Shown here piece after piece: positions 1-11,087 of a DNA stretch of 64,000 bases. The notes beneath the pieces were generated by a model that worked only from the letters and a program-made list of their open reading frames with translations, searched no databases and was not told where the DNA came from. Source of the DNA: Anaerohalosphaeraceae bacterium. Lineage in GTDB: Bacteria; Planctomycetota; Phycisphaerae; Sedimentisphaerales; Anaerohalosphaeraceae. The stretch lies in contig CAXXSL010000001.1 in the NCBI GenBank assembly GCA_963675525.2, forward strand, positions 1 to 64,000, in the 5' to 3' direction. The translations under genes were made by a program, and so were the position numbers. The first letter of the stretch is position 1. Each line of letters starts with the position of its first letter.

Positions 1-99
1 TGTTCTTAATAGAAGTGCTACAGGTGCATAGAATACCAACCCATTTGATAAACTTATTAATGATAAAATCCTTGTATTATTTAAAGTTTTAGACAACAT
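1..99 (-). CDS. MFS transporter, 5' end only (runs off the window)
   Basis: Hand translation MLSKTLNNTRILSLISLSNGLVFYAPVALLLRT resembles the first helix of MFS exporters; start overlaps the stop of the radical SAM gene. Confidence 0.6.
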   Translation of the reverse strand, partial: MLSKTLNNTRILSLISLSNGLVFYAPVALLLRT

Positions 100-1528
100 C
101 GTTTTCTCTACTTCTCAATTTGGGCATCAAAATTTTATGTAAAAAATCATTGAAAGCATTAATTTCAAATTCACATTGTTTGTCACTATCCATTTTGAAA
201 GATAATTGGCAACCACCTGAACAATATCCTCCAATGTTGCAAGATTGACACTTTTTCATAATTCAAATATGTTTCTATTTATTGGATTGTAATCATTTAT
301 GCTTTGTTCATTGAGATTATACATTGCAAATTCTTTACGACCAACGGTATATGTGCATCTAAATACATCTAAGTCATTATCTATGTAAAATACATCAGTA
401 AGAGGCGACGATGTCCAACAATAATTGTATTTTCCTTTACGCTCTTGTTGATTAAAACCCATATCCAATTTATCAACCAAATTTTTTACAGTCTTTATAA
501 AAGCTGCATGACAATTGTTTTCGAACTTTTCAAGTTTATCCAACTCTAATAAGATATCTGTATCACTTATGATAAAAGGGTACTTAGTTTCATACATCCT
601 ATCATCAACTCTGCCTATATACCAAGAGAATTTCTCATTATCAATAAATCCGTTGTCCTGTAATAATTTATGCATTTTTGGCAAATCACAAATATTAAGC
701 TCGTCTATATTTGAAGAAATTGACACTGGAACATTATAACTTAATAAAACATTTAAACAATCAAGGATATAAGATGCACTATTTTTTTCATTTTTTCTAT
801 CATCTATATATTTTCTTGTAGTCTCGTTTGCAACTGAACTATCAATCGTAGTCGCTATCGAACGAATGACATTTCTATTAATAATAATTTTCTTTAAAAA
901 AATAATCTAAAATTCACACCATTTGTCACAATGTTTAACTTTATCAATTCTGTTTTGCAAAATTTCAAAATCATATCAATTATTTTCTTCATTTGCTTTT
1001 AGAAGGGGTTCTCCTCCGAACAGTCCAATTTCAACTGTTTTATCCGGATGGGTAGTTTTATATTCCCGAATGACGTCAAAAATTTTATATAAATTTTCGA
1101 CCGATATAGTTTCTTTCTTCAATTTAGGATTATATTGTTGATAGCAATATGAGCATTTCAAATTACATGCATACGTCAATGCTATAATTATATTTATTAC
1201 TTTCTTACCTTTTTCAACATAAGCATCATTTTCCAACTCATTTTTAAAACTGTTCCAACTATCTTTATTCATCTTATTTGGTGTAGATAATAAACCACAA
1301 ATTTCAGCTGGAATCTTATTATCGTCTATAATATCTTTTTGTAAAATGAGACATTCATCCTTAAAAGAATTGATTACCAAATATCTATTAATGTCATACT
1401 CTGTTATATAAAGTTTTTCCAAATTGACACTAAGTAGTTTATCTCCGAGTTGCAATTTATCCAATTTGTTTTTATCTAATCTATAATTCATATATAATTC
1501 ATAACTGAAAAAACATATTTCTCAGCAT
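89..1528 (-). CDS. Radical SAM/SPASM peptide maturase, frameshifted in this sequence
   Basis: ORF 976-1491 has CNLKCSYC and FGGEPLL after a ~95-aa N-terminal extension. ORF 256-726 has YNYCW...DVFRC. A third frame gives KKCQSCNIGGYCSGGCQ...KQC (SPASM) ending at TAA 89-91. RBS AAAGGGGAG precedes ATG 1528. Confidence 0.85.
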
Positions 1529-1566
1529 ACTCCCCTTTCAATCTATTAACATAGTAAATTCCATTC

Positions 1567-1597
1567 AAAAAAGCTCAACATGATTGTTGAGCTTTTT
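1567..1597 (-). terminator. Hairpin with U-tract between precursor and maturase
   Basis: On the minus strand AAAAAGCTCAACA-ATCA-TGTTGAGCTTTTTT, a perfect stem. Confidence 0.75.
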
Positions 1598-1724
1598 CTT
1601 TTAGTATAGTCCTTGGCGAAATTGCCATTCCACTATCATCAAGATTTTTGTCGTTTTTAGAAAAATCAAGCTGATCAACTTTATTCATTTCAGCGATTTC
1701 TTCAACTGATAGTTTCACACTCAT
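1575..1724 (-). CDS. Putative RiPP precursor peptide (49 aa as read)
   Basis: MSVKLSVEEIAEMNKVDQLDFSKNDKNLDDSGMAISPRTILKEKAQQSC*, with strong RBS AGGGGGAGGTG, directly upstream of the rSAM/SPASM gene; too short for the ORF track. Confidence 0.7.
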   Translation of the reverse strand: MSVKLSVEEIAEMNKVDQLDFSKNDKNLDDSGMAISPRTILKEKAQQSC

Positions 1725-1749
1725 GTTATCACCTCCCCCTTAAGTAACA

Positions 1750-1800
1750 ATTATACTCTGCCAAAAATACTTATGCAACATTTATTTAAATAAAGTTGCT
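1750..1800 (-). promoter_or_regulatory. Sigma-A promoter of the precursor gene with an overlapping palindrome
   Basis: TTGCAT(1778-1773)-N17-TATAAT(1755-1750); inverted repeat GCAAC(A)TTTATTTAAATAAAGTTGC overlaps the -35. Confidence 0.7.
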
Positions 1801-1862
1801 TTTAGAGAATTGACTACGCACACATGTTTTTTTTGCAATAAATATTTAGTCACAAATATTGA

Positions 1863-1986
1863 TGAGCATTCCGGCAGTTCAGAGCCACTTATCAGGAGCT
1901 GAGATCCACCGTGCCCATGCTCTATAGAGCGACAGAGGTGGCTCTAAACGAATGGACAGGGTGGCTCCGCGACACAGAAATATTCA
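1863..1986. mobile_element. Internally deleted IS21-family-like element (MITE-like, 124 bp)
   Basis: TG...CA ends. Left end TGAGCATTCCGGCAGTTCAGAGCCAC matches the reverse complement of the right end TGAATATTTCTGTGTCGCGGAGCCAC. An extra internal GGTGGCTC copy; no transposase. Confidence 0.55.
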
Positions 1987-2993
1987 CTGTGATATAAGAC
2001 TAATAATATTAGAAAGCCAATATACAACATAATCTTATGTTTATTGCTTTATATTCGAAACCATTCTAATCTTTAACGGAATGATAATAAGATTTGATAT
2101 TATCATTCATGTACAAAAGATGATTATTGAACGAGAGAAGCACTCTCCACTACTTTTTTCAAAGCAATTGCATTTCAGCTAATACGTTGACTTGCCTGCG
2201 ACATTTCTATAACTGCTCTGACTAAGTCGCAACGTGTGTATCTTAGAAGTTTCAGCCCTACTATCTTGCCACGATAGTTTTTAAACGTTGGTTTTATCGC
2301 CATCTTTTGAATGTTGCGAACCCATTTAGCTACTCCAACTGGTATCCAATAATCTATAAACCTTTTCAAAAATCTAAACGCAAATAATATTGATTTTCAT
2401 AATCAACACATCATTAATTACGATTAGAAAAATTGAAAATAGTTCGCCAACGATAACCGATATCGCCCCATATTGAAAACAACGGCTATTATAGCCGTTT
2501 TTTTTGTATATTTTTTACCGAGTTAATCCAATAACAAACTCGCATGTAAACACCTACTTAGAATAAACGTTATAATGATTGGCTCCACATTTCCCCATTT
2601 GGTGCTGGAGCAAATCATCAGAAATTGTTCTAGCTCCACGACAAAGGAGGTATCACCACTTCACAAGAGGGATATCTGTCTTGAAGCTACTATTGAAAGC
2701 ACCAAAATGAGAAAAGATCCCCTTTATAATAGGAGTTACAAAACATTTGATTATCATTAACGATCAGCCATCATGAAACAAGACCAAGTTTTCGCATACA
2801 TTGAAAAACTCTTTGTGATTAACCGATTTCATGGTAAGTCACAAAGAGTTTTTATTGTTTCAAATTATTTGGCTATAATATAAAACAATTCCACAGCATA
2901 TCAAACAATAACTTGAAAAACATAATTTGTTATAAAAGATATTCTGATTGGTTTTAATATGATAATTATTGCTCGCTGCTGTTTTCAATTATT

Positions 2994-3773
2994 TTAAATC
3001 CACCCGAAAAGGCTACATGCATACGTGATTCCATCTTCCTTGCTGCTCTTTGTAATGAAATCAGCGACATCCAGAAGTTCAGGAACCGAATCGCCCATGG
3101 CGATTGATAACTGCGATTTCTCAAACATGGTCAAATCATTCTTTCCATCGCCAAATACAACTATCTGATCAATCGGTCCGTCAATAATCTTCATCATTTT
3201 TTCAACACCGTAATATTTGTCAGCACCCTCGAAAACAATTGTCGAGTCGGTGTATCTCATATAAGGTATCAAGTGGCGTGTTTCCAACATGTGCTCTTCA
3301 TCTTCGCTGACAGAAACGTAAATTTTGTGATACTCTTCCAGATCCGAAAAACCCACATCTTCATGTCTGTTCAAACTCATTGCACAAAGACTGTTTTTTG
3401 ATTTTATAACGAAAACATCGTCATCGCAATGGTAGTTCAACGAATCGTCAACAACAACCGCCACACCAAGTCTCTTGTCTTTCGCCTCTTCGCAAATTTT
3501 TATACAACACATTTTGTCCAATGGCTCATTATCTACAATTTCACCATCAATAACCACTCCGTAGCCTCCGTTTATGACATAATTACTGACACCTATCATG
3601 TCACCGTATTTTTTTGCCATCGAATAAGACCTTCCAGTAGCGATCGCCACGAAATGTTCCATTTTTTTGGAGTGAACTGATTGTTTTTTTTTGGTCTCCT
3701 CGGTGATGTCGCCATCACCATACTTATTGACAGTCAACGTACCGTCTATATCAAAAAATATATACTTCTTCAC
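2994..3773 (-). CDS. Cof-type HAD-IIB hydrolase
   Basis: FFDIDGTL, IATGR and FGDGKND motifs. Confidence 0.9.
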   Translation of the reverse strand: MKKYIFFDIDGTLTVNKYGDGDITEETKKKQSVHSKKMEHFVAIATGRSYSMAKKYGDMIGVSNYVINGGYGVVIDGEIVDNEPLDKMCCIKICEEAKDKRLGVAVVVDDSLNYHCDDDVFVIKSKNSLCAMSLNRHEDVGFSDLEEYHKIYVSVSEDEEHMLETRHLIPYMRYTDSTIVFEGADKYYGVEKMMKIIDGPIDQIVVFGDGKNDLTMFEKSQLSIAMGDSVPELLDVADFITKSSKEDGITYACSLFGWI

Positions 3774-4404
3774 CTAGCTTAACCCTCCCAAAAAACTCCT
3801 CTTTTCCACACTGCCAATTCCATAATTTGGCACATGATTATTTTGATTTTTTGTTTAGTTCGCAAATTATTACCCTGGCTTTTTTGTGTTCAGCCTGACA
3901 AACGATAGCGAATCCCTTCTTCCAAAACTCCATTATTGTATTCATCACAAACCCTCTTATAATTACCGTTCAATACATCAAATTTCCACCAATCCCCGCA
4001 TCACATATTTTTCAACCGCTATTTCAATATTATTTTGAAGTGAAGAAGCAAATATTGATCGAATCATTCAAAAAATTATATATTTTGCATCCGCCATAAA
4101 TCCTAGAGTTATATCAGCGAATATTTAACCACTATTGGCTTACCACAGGAAAAATCGACGTCATTGAAATAAATATAAACGTCAAGTTTTGAAATGGAGT
4201 GTAAGAATTACTTGAATTTTTTGGAATTAATTGTATTTCCAAGGACATTCAATTTCCCTATTGCAAAGCCAATTACGGTTATTTATGCTGGCATGTCCCA
4301 GTTGATTAAAAGGTTAGCGAAATACACATTTGCATCGCAAAGTCAAAAACGTAATTGATTTAAGAAGGCAATATATTTATATGTATCTCTACGGTTGATA
4401 TTTC

Positions 4405-5351
4405 CTACTGCAGAATCATCTTCGCCGCTCCAAAGACTCCCGCATCATTTTCCCAATTTCGCTATTTTGAAATAGGTGTTCCTCGAGGCATGAAAACTGT
4501 AGCGTTGATAATATTTTTTTTACCCCTTCGATCAGGACATCCCCTTCTTTGGACATGCCCCCACCTATTACGAAGACCTGCGGATTGCAGACACATGCGA
4601 TCTGGGCCAATGATTTACCCAATGTATGATACAGTGTCTCCACAGCTTCTTTGGCAACTTTGTCATTTTTACGAGCCGCTTCGAAAATCGACTTGGCATC
4701 CATATTTTTGTCATTCGCCAAAATGCTTGAACGCCCGGATTCGCATCCTAGCAGATTATTTGCCACTCTTACGATCCCGGTAGCCGATGCATATTGTTTC
4801 CAAACACCCGCGATTTCCGCAAGTGCAGAATTCCTCTTCTTCCTCATTTGCGAGAAGATGACCTATTTCTCCTGCCGCACCATCTGATCCGCCAATTATA
4901 TTTTCAGCAACGACAACACCGCCTCCAACACCGGTTCCAAGTGTAACCATGACCAGGTTTTTTATACCCCTTGCCGCCACCTTGCCACATCTCCCCTAGT
5001 GCCGCAACATTGGCATCATTTCCAACCTCTACTCTTAAACCTGTAAGATTTTCCATCTCAACCTTTACGTCAACAACCTCCCAGCCGAGATTCACACACT
5101 TTTGGACAACCCCGCTGCTTAATACCGGGCCCGGAACGCCGATGCCGATTCCTTCAATATCGATAAGCCTCAATTTTCCTTTCGTCAATCTTACTGAATA
5201 TTGACTCGGAAATGTCATTCAATATAAATTTCCCGTTATTATTGGTGTTTGTGTTGATCTCCCATTTTTCCAACATATCTCCACATGGATCAAATAGTCC
5301 AAGTTTAACAGTGGTACCGCCTACATCAACACCAAAAACATATGTACCCAT
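4405..5351 (-). CDS. ROK-family glucokinase, frameshifted
   Basis: Consecutive fragments GVDVGGT / GIGVPGP...NDANVAALGE / TLGTGVGGG...GEIGH...CTCGNRGCLE / IGGGMS. Confidence 0.85.
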
Positions 5352-5474
5352 AATCTTCCTCCTTAAAATCCGCACCATAGCTATGACACATTTCAGGTCT
5401 GGATGCATCATTTAAACATCGCTATTAGCGCAAAATATTTTTACCCTGTAACGCGCAATTGTTCATTATACTTC

Positions 5475-7918
5475 CTACTCCATTTGATAGATCAAATGTA
5501 TCGACTGAATTTCGTGGGGACGCAACTTTGTCTCAATAGTTAAAGTATTGTTATCAACTTTTTTCTCGAATATCCTAATTTTGGGGATACTTGTCTGTCC
5601 TTAAATACTGGATATCCTGTTGCGTGAGATTTTCACTGTAATCCATTTCCCTCCACTCATCCTGAACGCTTCCATGGTCTTCATTTAGCGCTCTCAATTT
5701 GACGATATATTTCCCGTTTCTGACATTGTCGATACGGAAATTCAATATCAGGTTTTCAGCCTCGTCAAAAAGCAGAAACTGTTTTTTGGACTTCCACCTC
5801 ATCTTCTTTCTTCAAATAGTATCTGAAATTAGGACTGTTGAAGTTGTGGCAGACAATTGAGTAATTACCTCGTTCGCTTGCCGTGACAACCGCATTGTCA
5901 CTCCGTCCAAGCATCAGGTTTCCTAGCTTGCTTGCAAAACTGCATTGCATAAAACGCCGGTTTTTTGATGCCGTCTACGCTTAACAGTCCGTTCCCGCCA
6001 TGCAAAAGCATACCTGTATCGAAATACTCGGTCAACGCATCAGTCGCAAGCCAATAACCCATCGAATCCAAAGCGCCGATGTTGTCAACTATGGTCTTCA
6101 ACATGAACGCCCCTTTATAGACACTGTCATTTAGGCTGTTCCAGTCAGAAACACTGGAACTCCATTCAGTGACTAACAATTCCTTGACAGGAAAATCAGC
6201 TTTTGCCCAAAACCTCTTTCATCATCAATACGTGATTGTTTATAAACTTGGGATCCTGAATCCGGTCACTGTTTTGGGAATCCACACTGCTTCTTGCCAT
6301 ATAAGGATATCCATAAAGTGAAATGAAGTCCGGTCGCTGACAATTTTGTTTCCACAGTTCTATGATTTTCCCTGAAATCCAAGGTACTGTAAAGACGACC
6401 AAATCCTGCACCACCAACTGAAGTGTTAGGGGAAACTCTTTTAATTGTTTCGTATGCGGTTTCAAAAACTTTGAAGAACTTGCCATATTTTTCACCAAGC
6501 GTGATTCTAGGATCACCCCATTGTTCAAAATACCATTTTTCCAATTCTTCAATACCATACCTATTCACACAGTGGATCATGAAAGCGTGCATTGTCGCTG
6601 CGAATTCGCTGCTGTCATCGAAAATTATTTCCCGTTCCTGGAGCACATGCATGTTGTCGGTGGTTTCTAAGCAGATTAACCGGCTTGAAACCAAGTTCGA
6701 TAAATGGGTGCATGCCGTTGTTAATCAAAAAATCAAAAAATCAAACACTTTGTCGATTTTCTTGAAATTGAATTTCCCATCAGTTTTCCTTAGATCGAGA
6801 AGCATTTCCTTGGAGAATATATCCCAGAATCGCACATATTTAAAACCAAGTTCCGTTTGAAGAATCTTAATATGTTCTTGAATGTCCGATTTGCAGCAAA
6901 GCCGCTATCGATCCAACGTTGATCATCTTGTTCCAGTTGTGGACAAATTCCACGCCAATATTGGAGTTGACTTGAAGCATACTTATCGGATCTTTATCGT
7001 CACCATCTTCAATTCGCGGATTCTGTTCCAGAAATTCTTGAATATGCTGTTCCTTTTCCAATAGCCGAGCATTTCTTTTCACCCTGGATTTTTTCAAATT
7101 CATTTTGATAGTTTTTTAATCCAGGCAGATGGAGTCATTTCATATTCTCTTTTAAATACGGAACCAAACGAAGCTGGATTGGGAAACCCGTTATCCAAAG
7201 CAATCCTGGTCAGCGATTTGTCGGAAAATTTAATATCCTCCATAGCCCTTTGCAGTCTTATCCCGTTCACATAATCCACAAAATTCATTCCTACATGTCG
7301 TTTAATATATTTCGACAAGTAAGCCGTCGACAAATACAGTTGTTCAGCAAGATCATTCAAACTAATCGGCTGTTGATAATTGTAATTGACATAATTGATT
7401 ATGTATTCGATTCTTTTTTCATCTTCGTTTTTGCTTGAATCCCTCACATATTCATCGATTCTGAAAGAAAAATTAGATATCAATGTATGCAGCAATGAAA
7501 AGTAGAGGCTTGTCAGATAGGACGCTCTCCTGCTTTTTGTCAAAGTATAGCCTGAAAATTTTATTCAAAGTTTTTTGCATTTCCCGATAACTGTCGTTTT
7601 TATCAATTACCGAATTACAATTGAAATAGTACTTGTCCACATTCATATATTTTATCAATTGAAAGTAATTGATATGAACAATCCCAACCAATACACTCCC
7701 CGAGCCCACATATGAATGTTTCTGCAGGGAATCTACAACAATCATGTCATCCTTGCCCATCTCATAGGTGATATCGTTGACCCCTCAACGATATGCTACC
7801 TTCTAGAACGTATATGATTTTCGATATTCTGATGTCGACTTTCCTGCAGAATCACATTCTCTTCAAAATCAAAGTCCATTATCTTGTCATTTATCTGGCT
7901 AAATCTCATACCATCCAT
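5475..7918 (-). CDS. AraC-family regulator fused to a GH39-like domain, frameshifted
   Basis: Cupin-like N-terminus and AraC HTH (LNDLAEQLYLSTAYLSKY...IALDNGF), then GH39-like fragments (LGFKYVRFWDIF region, PDFISLYGYPY, VTEWSSS, GLLSVDGIKKPAFYA). Confidence 0.75.
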
Positions 7919-8010
7919 CGCTACGCACCTCCAAATGCTATTGTAATCATTATATAGCAATTTCTTTGCAGGACATAGTAATTTGCGCCTTTTCAGTCCA
8001 GTTCAGATAC

Positions 8011-8405
8011 TTATATTGCTACAATTCTGCTTTTTGAACCAATCAATGGAACAGGGATGTAGGCCGTTCTAACGTTAACGGTCAACTCAACATCATGTGT
8101 CCCCGATGCCAGTCCACCCCCGTTAAGAACCCTTACTGTCATCGGTTTCCCCGTATTCCCACTTATGGCCTACTACTGTTGTCATCTCATCCAACGTGAA
8201 CCAATATTCTCCGTTATCGGACACTGCATCGAATAGTTTCCCGGTCCGCATTTGCCCCATCCAATTTGACCCGAATGTCGTTTACCATCGATAATGGAAT
8301 CCCTCTGTAATATGTTATATTTGTTTTAAGCTCATACCCGATGATATCACCGTTTTCCACGGTGTTTTTGCAGCTTCCTTCAATAAAGACGTTATTGTCA
8401 AACAT
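8011..8405 (-). CDS. C-glycoside deglycosidase beta subunit (DUF6379-like), frameshifted
   Basis: TNITYYRGIPLSMV, continuing in shifted frames as WFTLDEMTT...WEYG...GTHDVELTVNVRTAYIP; adjacent to the TIM-barrel subunit. Confidence 0.75.
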
Positions 8406-8406
8406 G

Positions 8407-9422
8407 TTATTCTCCTAACCTTGAATTTCTTTTAAACATTCGCGTATATACTTCTGATGTGCAATCACCTGTTCTTTTTTCGACCATCGGTTGCCCTGGA
8501 AGCGTCCATCTGTTTCCTTCATATTCGGTTGCGACATATCCGTCATAATCATGATCGTGCAAATACTTCAACAGTCCTTTGTAGTCCATCGAGTACTCGC
8601 CATCTTCAACCATTTCAAACAGCTTGAAATGGATGTGGAAAATGTAAGGCATCAAATCATCCAGGATTTCAAATGGCTCATTTTCGTATCCATCCGCAAA
8701 ATGCCCGTACATGATGTCAGGTCGTGATTTCAGTAGTGCTTTGAATTCAGGGGACAAACTCGCCATCTTTGGTTACCAACGAACGGCCATCCTTGTCTTG
8801 ACGGTATAATTCGTTAACGTAGTTTACTGCGTCCTGGTTTGTTCCAAGATTCTTGCAGTAGTTTTCCATAACCCGGGGCATCCGGCGGCAGAATATCCCA
8901 GTATCGATGACCAGGCCGATATAAGGTGAATTCAATCTTTTCATCTCTTCGATATAGTCGCTGGTTTTCTTCTTGTCAAAACTCAACCCCGCATGAATTT
9001 CCAGGCCTAATTTCACATCATATTGCTCACAATAAGGAATCAATGGCTCCAACACGAAAGAAGGTGTCATAGATACAAGACGAATCTGTTTCATTCCAAG
9101 GCGATGGGCGAGTTTGATTTCGTCGACAAGCAAATCGACGCACTCTTTTTTTGTGAGCTCACGATTGTTATATAGATTCGTATTCAAGAAAACATCTGCG
9201 ATGACTGGTTTGATCTTATATGTCGAACAAAGCCTGTCCCCATTCGTTTAGCGTTTCCTCGGTAGGATGTGGAGCTCCATGCATCATTTGATCAGGCAAA
9301 AATTCAACACCATCAACCGAATTATCTTTCATAAATCGGAATATGTCTTCAAGACTCATACTTTTGCTCATATATTCATTCTGCAGACTGTACAAACTTA
9401 CACAAGTTTTTATTTTACTCAT
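8407..9422 (-). CDS. C-glycoside deglycosidase alpha subunit (sugar phosphate isomerase/epimerase TIM barrel), frameshifted
   Basis: VSLYSLQ, GLEIH, DTGIF, HIHFK and TEYEG metal-binding motifs spread over three fragments. Confidence 0.75.
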
Positions 9423-9436
9423 ATTTTTCTCCATTT

Positions 9437-10503
9437 TCACTCAAAATCTACCGACCTGCCGGTCAGTGCAGATTCCCGGATTGCTTCCATAAGAGCCATC
9501 ACTCTTCTTACTTCCGGTATTTTCACAAGGAATTCTTCTTCACCATTGTAGGCTTTAACATAGTTTTCAAAATAATTGCGATGCTGTGTATTCACAGTCG
9601 GCAATGGTTCGGTTATAATCAGTCCTTCGCGGGGATTTCCAAATGATCGTGTCGGTCCCGCCACTGTCATTGTCCTTGACCCTGAAACGTTATGCAACAA
9701 TTCCGTGGTTCTGACAATCTTGCCTTCCGGCCTGAACCCGTCGACGTACGCGCTGCCTTTATTACCGCCGATGAACCAATGTCTTTCGAACCATTTGTCC
9801 TGGTCTTTAAGATAATAAGTCCCCCAATTCAATTACTGCAGTGATGCCGTTTTCAAAGACCAGATTGATGTTGAAATAGTCATCAACTTCAAAATTGATC
9901 ACATTTTTCATTGTCGCAAATACCGATTTGACTTTCGAATCAACCATCCAGAGAACCTGGTCGATCAAATGGACACCCCAGTCAAAACAACATCCCGCCA
10001 CCTTCTGTGATATACACATGCCAATCATGCATATTACCATTGAATCCATATAGCTGATTCTTGATTGTATATATGTCACCAAGCATGTTTTCATCATAGA
10101 TTCTTTTGACAATCCGATAGTCCCTGATCGAATCTCCGTTGGTGATGGATTGTGAATTTCACATTGTTGCGCGCTACAACCGCGATCATTTCATCCAGTT
10201 CTTCAACCGACAAAGCTGCTGGTTTTTTCACAGATGATATCCTTGCCGGCATTGGCAGCCATGGTAACCAGATCAAGATGCTGGTTTGTTATTGGCGGCG
10301 ATGATAACCACATCAATATCCCCATTTTTCAGCAATTCATCGGCTGATGAATAAATCTCAACTGGATAATCAATCCCATCGAGCTGTTTTGGGTCACAGT
10401 CCGCAATGGCTGTTATCTCGATTCCATCAAACTCCGATAACATCTTTTCATGCTCCCGGCCCATGAACCCATGGCCGATAATCCCGAATTTTATATTGTT
10501 CAT
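9437..10503 (-). CDS. Gfo/Idh/MocA-family oxidoreductase, frameshifted
   Basis: FGIIGHGFMG, HHQRRFD and DWGVHLIDQ motifs across four fragments. Confidence 0.85.
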
Positions 10504-10540
10504 AGCGATTCCTCCGAAGCGACAAACTGTTGAATGTATC

Positions 10541-10666
10541 TACATTCGACAACGAGCGGATTGGGGTGCTCATGGTCGGCTTGCGGTTGGCCATGATCGT
10601 TTTATAAACCTGCCTCGCATTATCTTTGATGCGGTCAGCGACAGGCAGCTTGGCGGTTGTTGTCAT
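10541..10666 (-). CDS. Truncated 5' end of a probable DNA topoisomerase VI subunit A
   Basis: MTTTAKLPVADRIKDNARQVYKTIMANRKPTMSTPIRSLSNV resembles bacterial Top6A N-termini (P-x-R-S-L-S-N-V); the similarity stops at the compositional junction. Confidence 0.45.
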
Positions 10667-10854
10667 TAAAGCTTAAACTCCATTTTAAAGTGTGTTTCCC
10701 TGAAAATATAACGTCGCTTATGCTAAAGCATAATGCGGCTTTATGCAAGCAGAAAGGTGTATTCATTCAGGGAAAATACCGATTTTCGGTGCCTGGATTA
10801 TTAAAAATGCCCGTAAAACAGGCTTTTTTTGCTTATTTTTTTGTAAAAACGATA

Positions 10855-10883
10855 TTGACAAGCTTCCGGTTAGTCGATATAGT
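10855..10883 (+). promoter_or_regulatory. Near-consensus sigma-70 promoter
   Basis: TTGACA-N17-TATAGT. Confidence 0.75.
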
Positions 10884-10889
10884 GATATA

Positions 10890-10995
10890 TGATATTTAAG
10901 TCGAGCAAGGCTTGACTTGACCATAAACCTCGGCGAGGCTAAGTGGTGAGCCGTTTCCCCCCCCAGACGGACCCGCGTTCCTCGCCACTTTTTTT
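10890..10995 (+). ncRNA. Candidate small RNA with three hairpins and a U-tract
   Basis: Follows a consensus promoter; hairpins at 10898-10918, 10928-10938 and 10941-10990, then a T-run; no ORF on this strand. Confidence 0.5.
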
Positions 10996-11087
10996 GCGCA
11001 AATTTATACAATTAAAGAATTTGTGATTTCACAATCCGCGTTGCCCAAAAGAAGCACAAGCTGAAACGGGGCAAAAAAGTATGTGAT

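Noticed and set aside
2000..2990. Short ORFs 2175-2369 and 2575-2760, and hairpins near 2481 and 2805
   Set aside because: No recognisable motifs or RBS; the hairpins look like ordinary terminators
1..10503. Mass pseudogenisation or programmed frameshifting
   Set aside because: Frameshifts affect nearly all long genes, often near homopolymers, while motifs stay intact, and they stop at the junction; sequencing error is the simpler explanation
10448..10666. 72-aa ORF treated as a real protein
   Set aside because: It crosses the junction and appears to be a chimera of a top6A-like start and unrelated sequence
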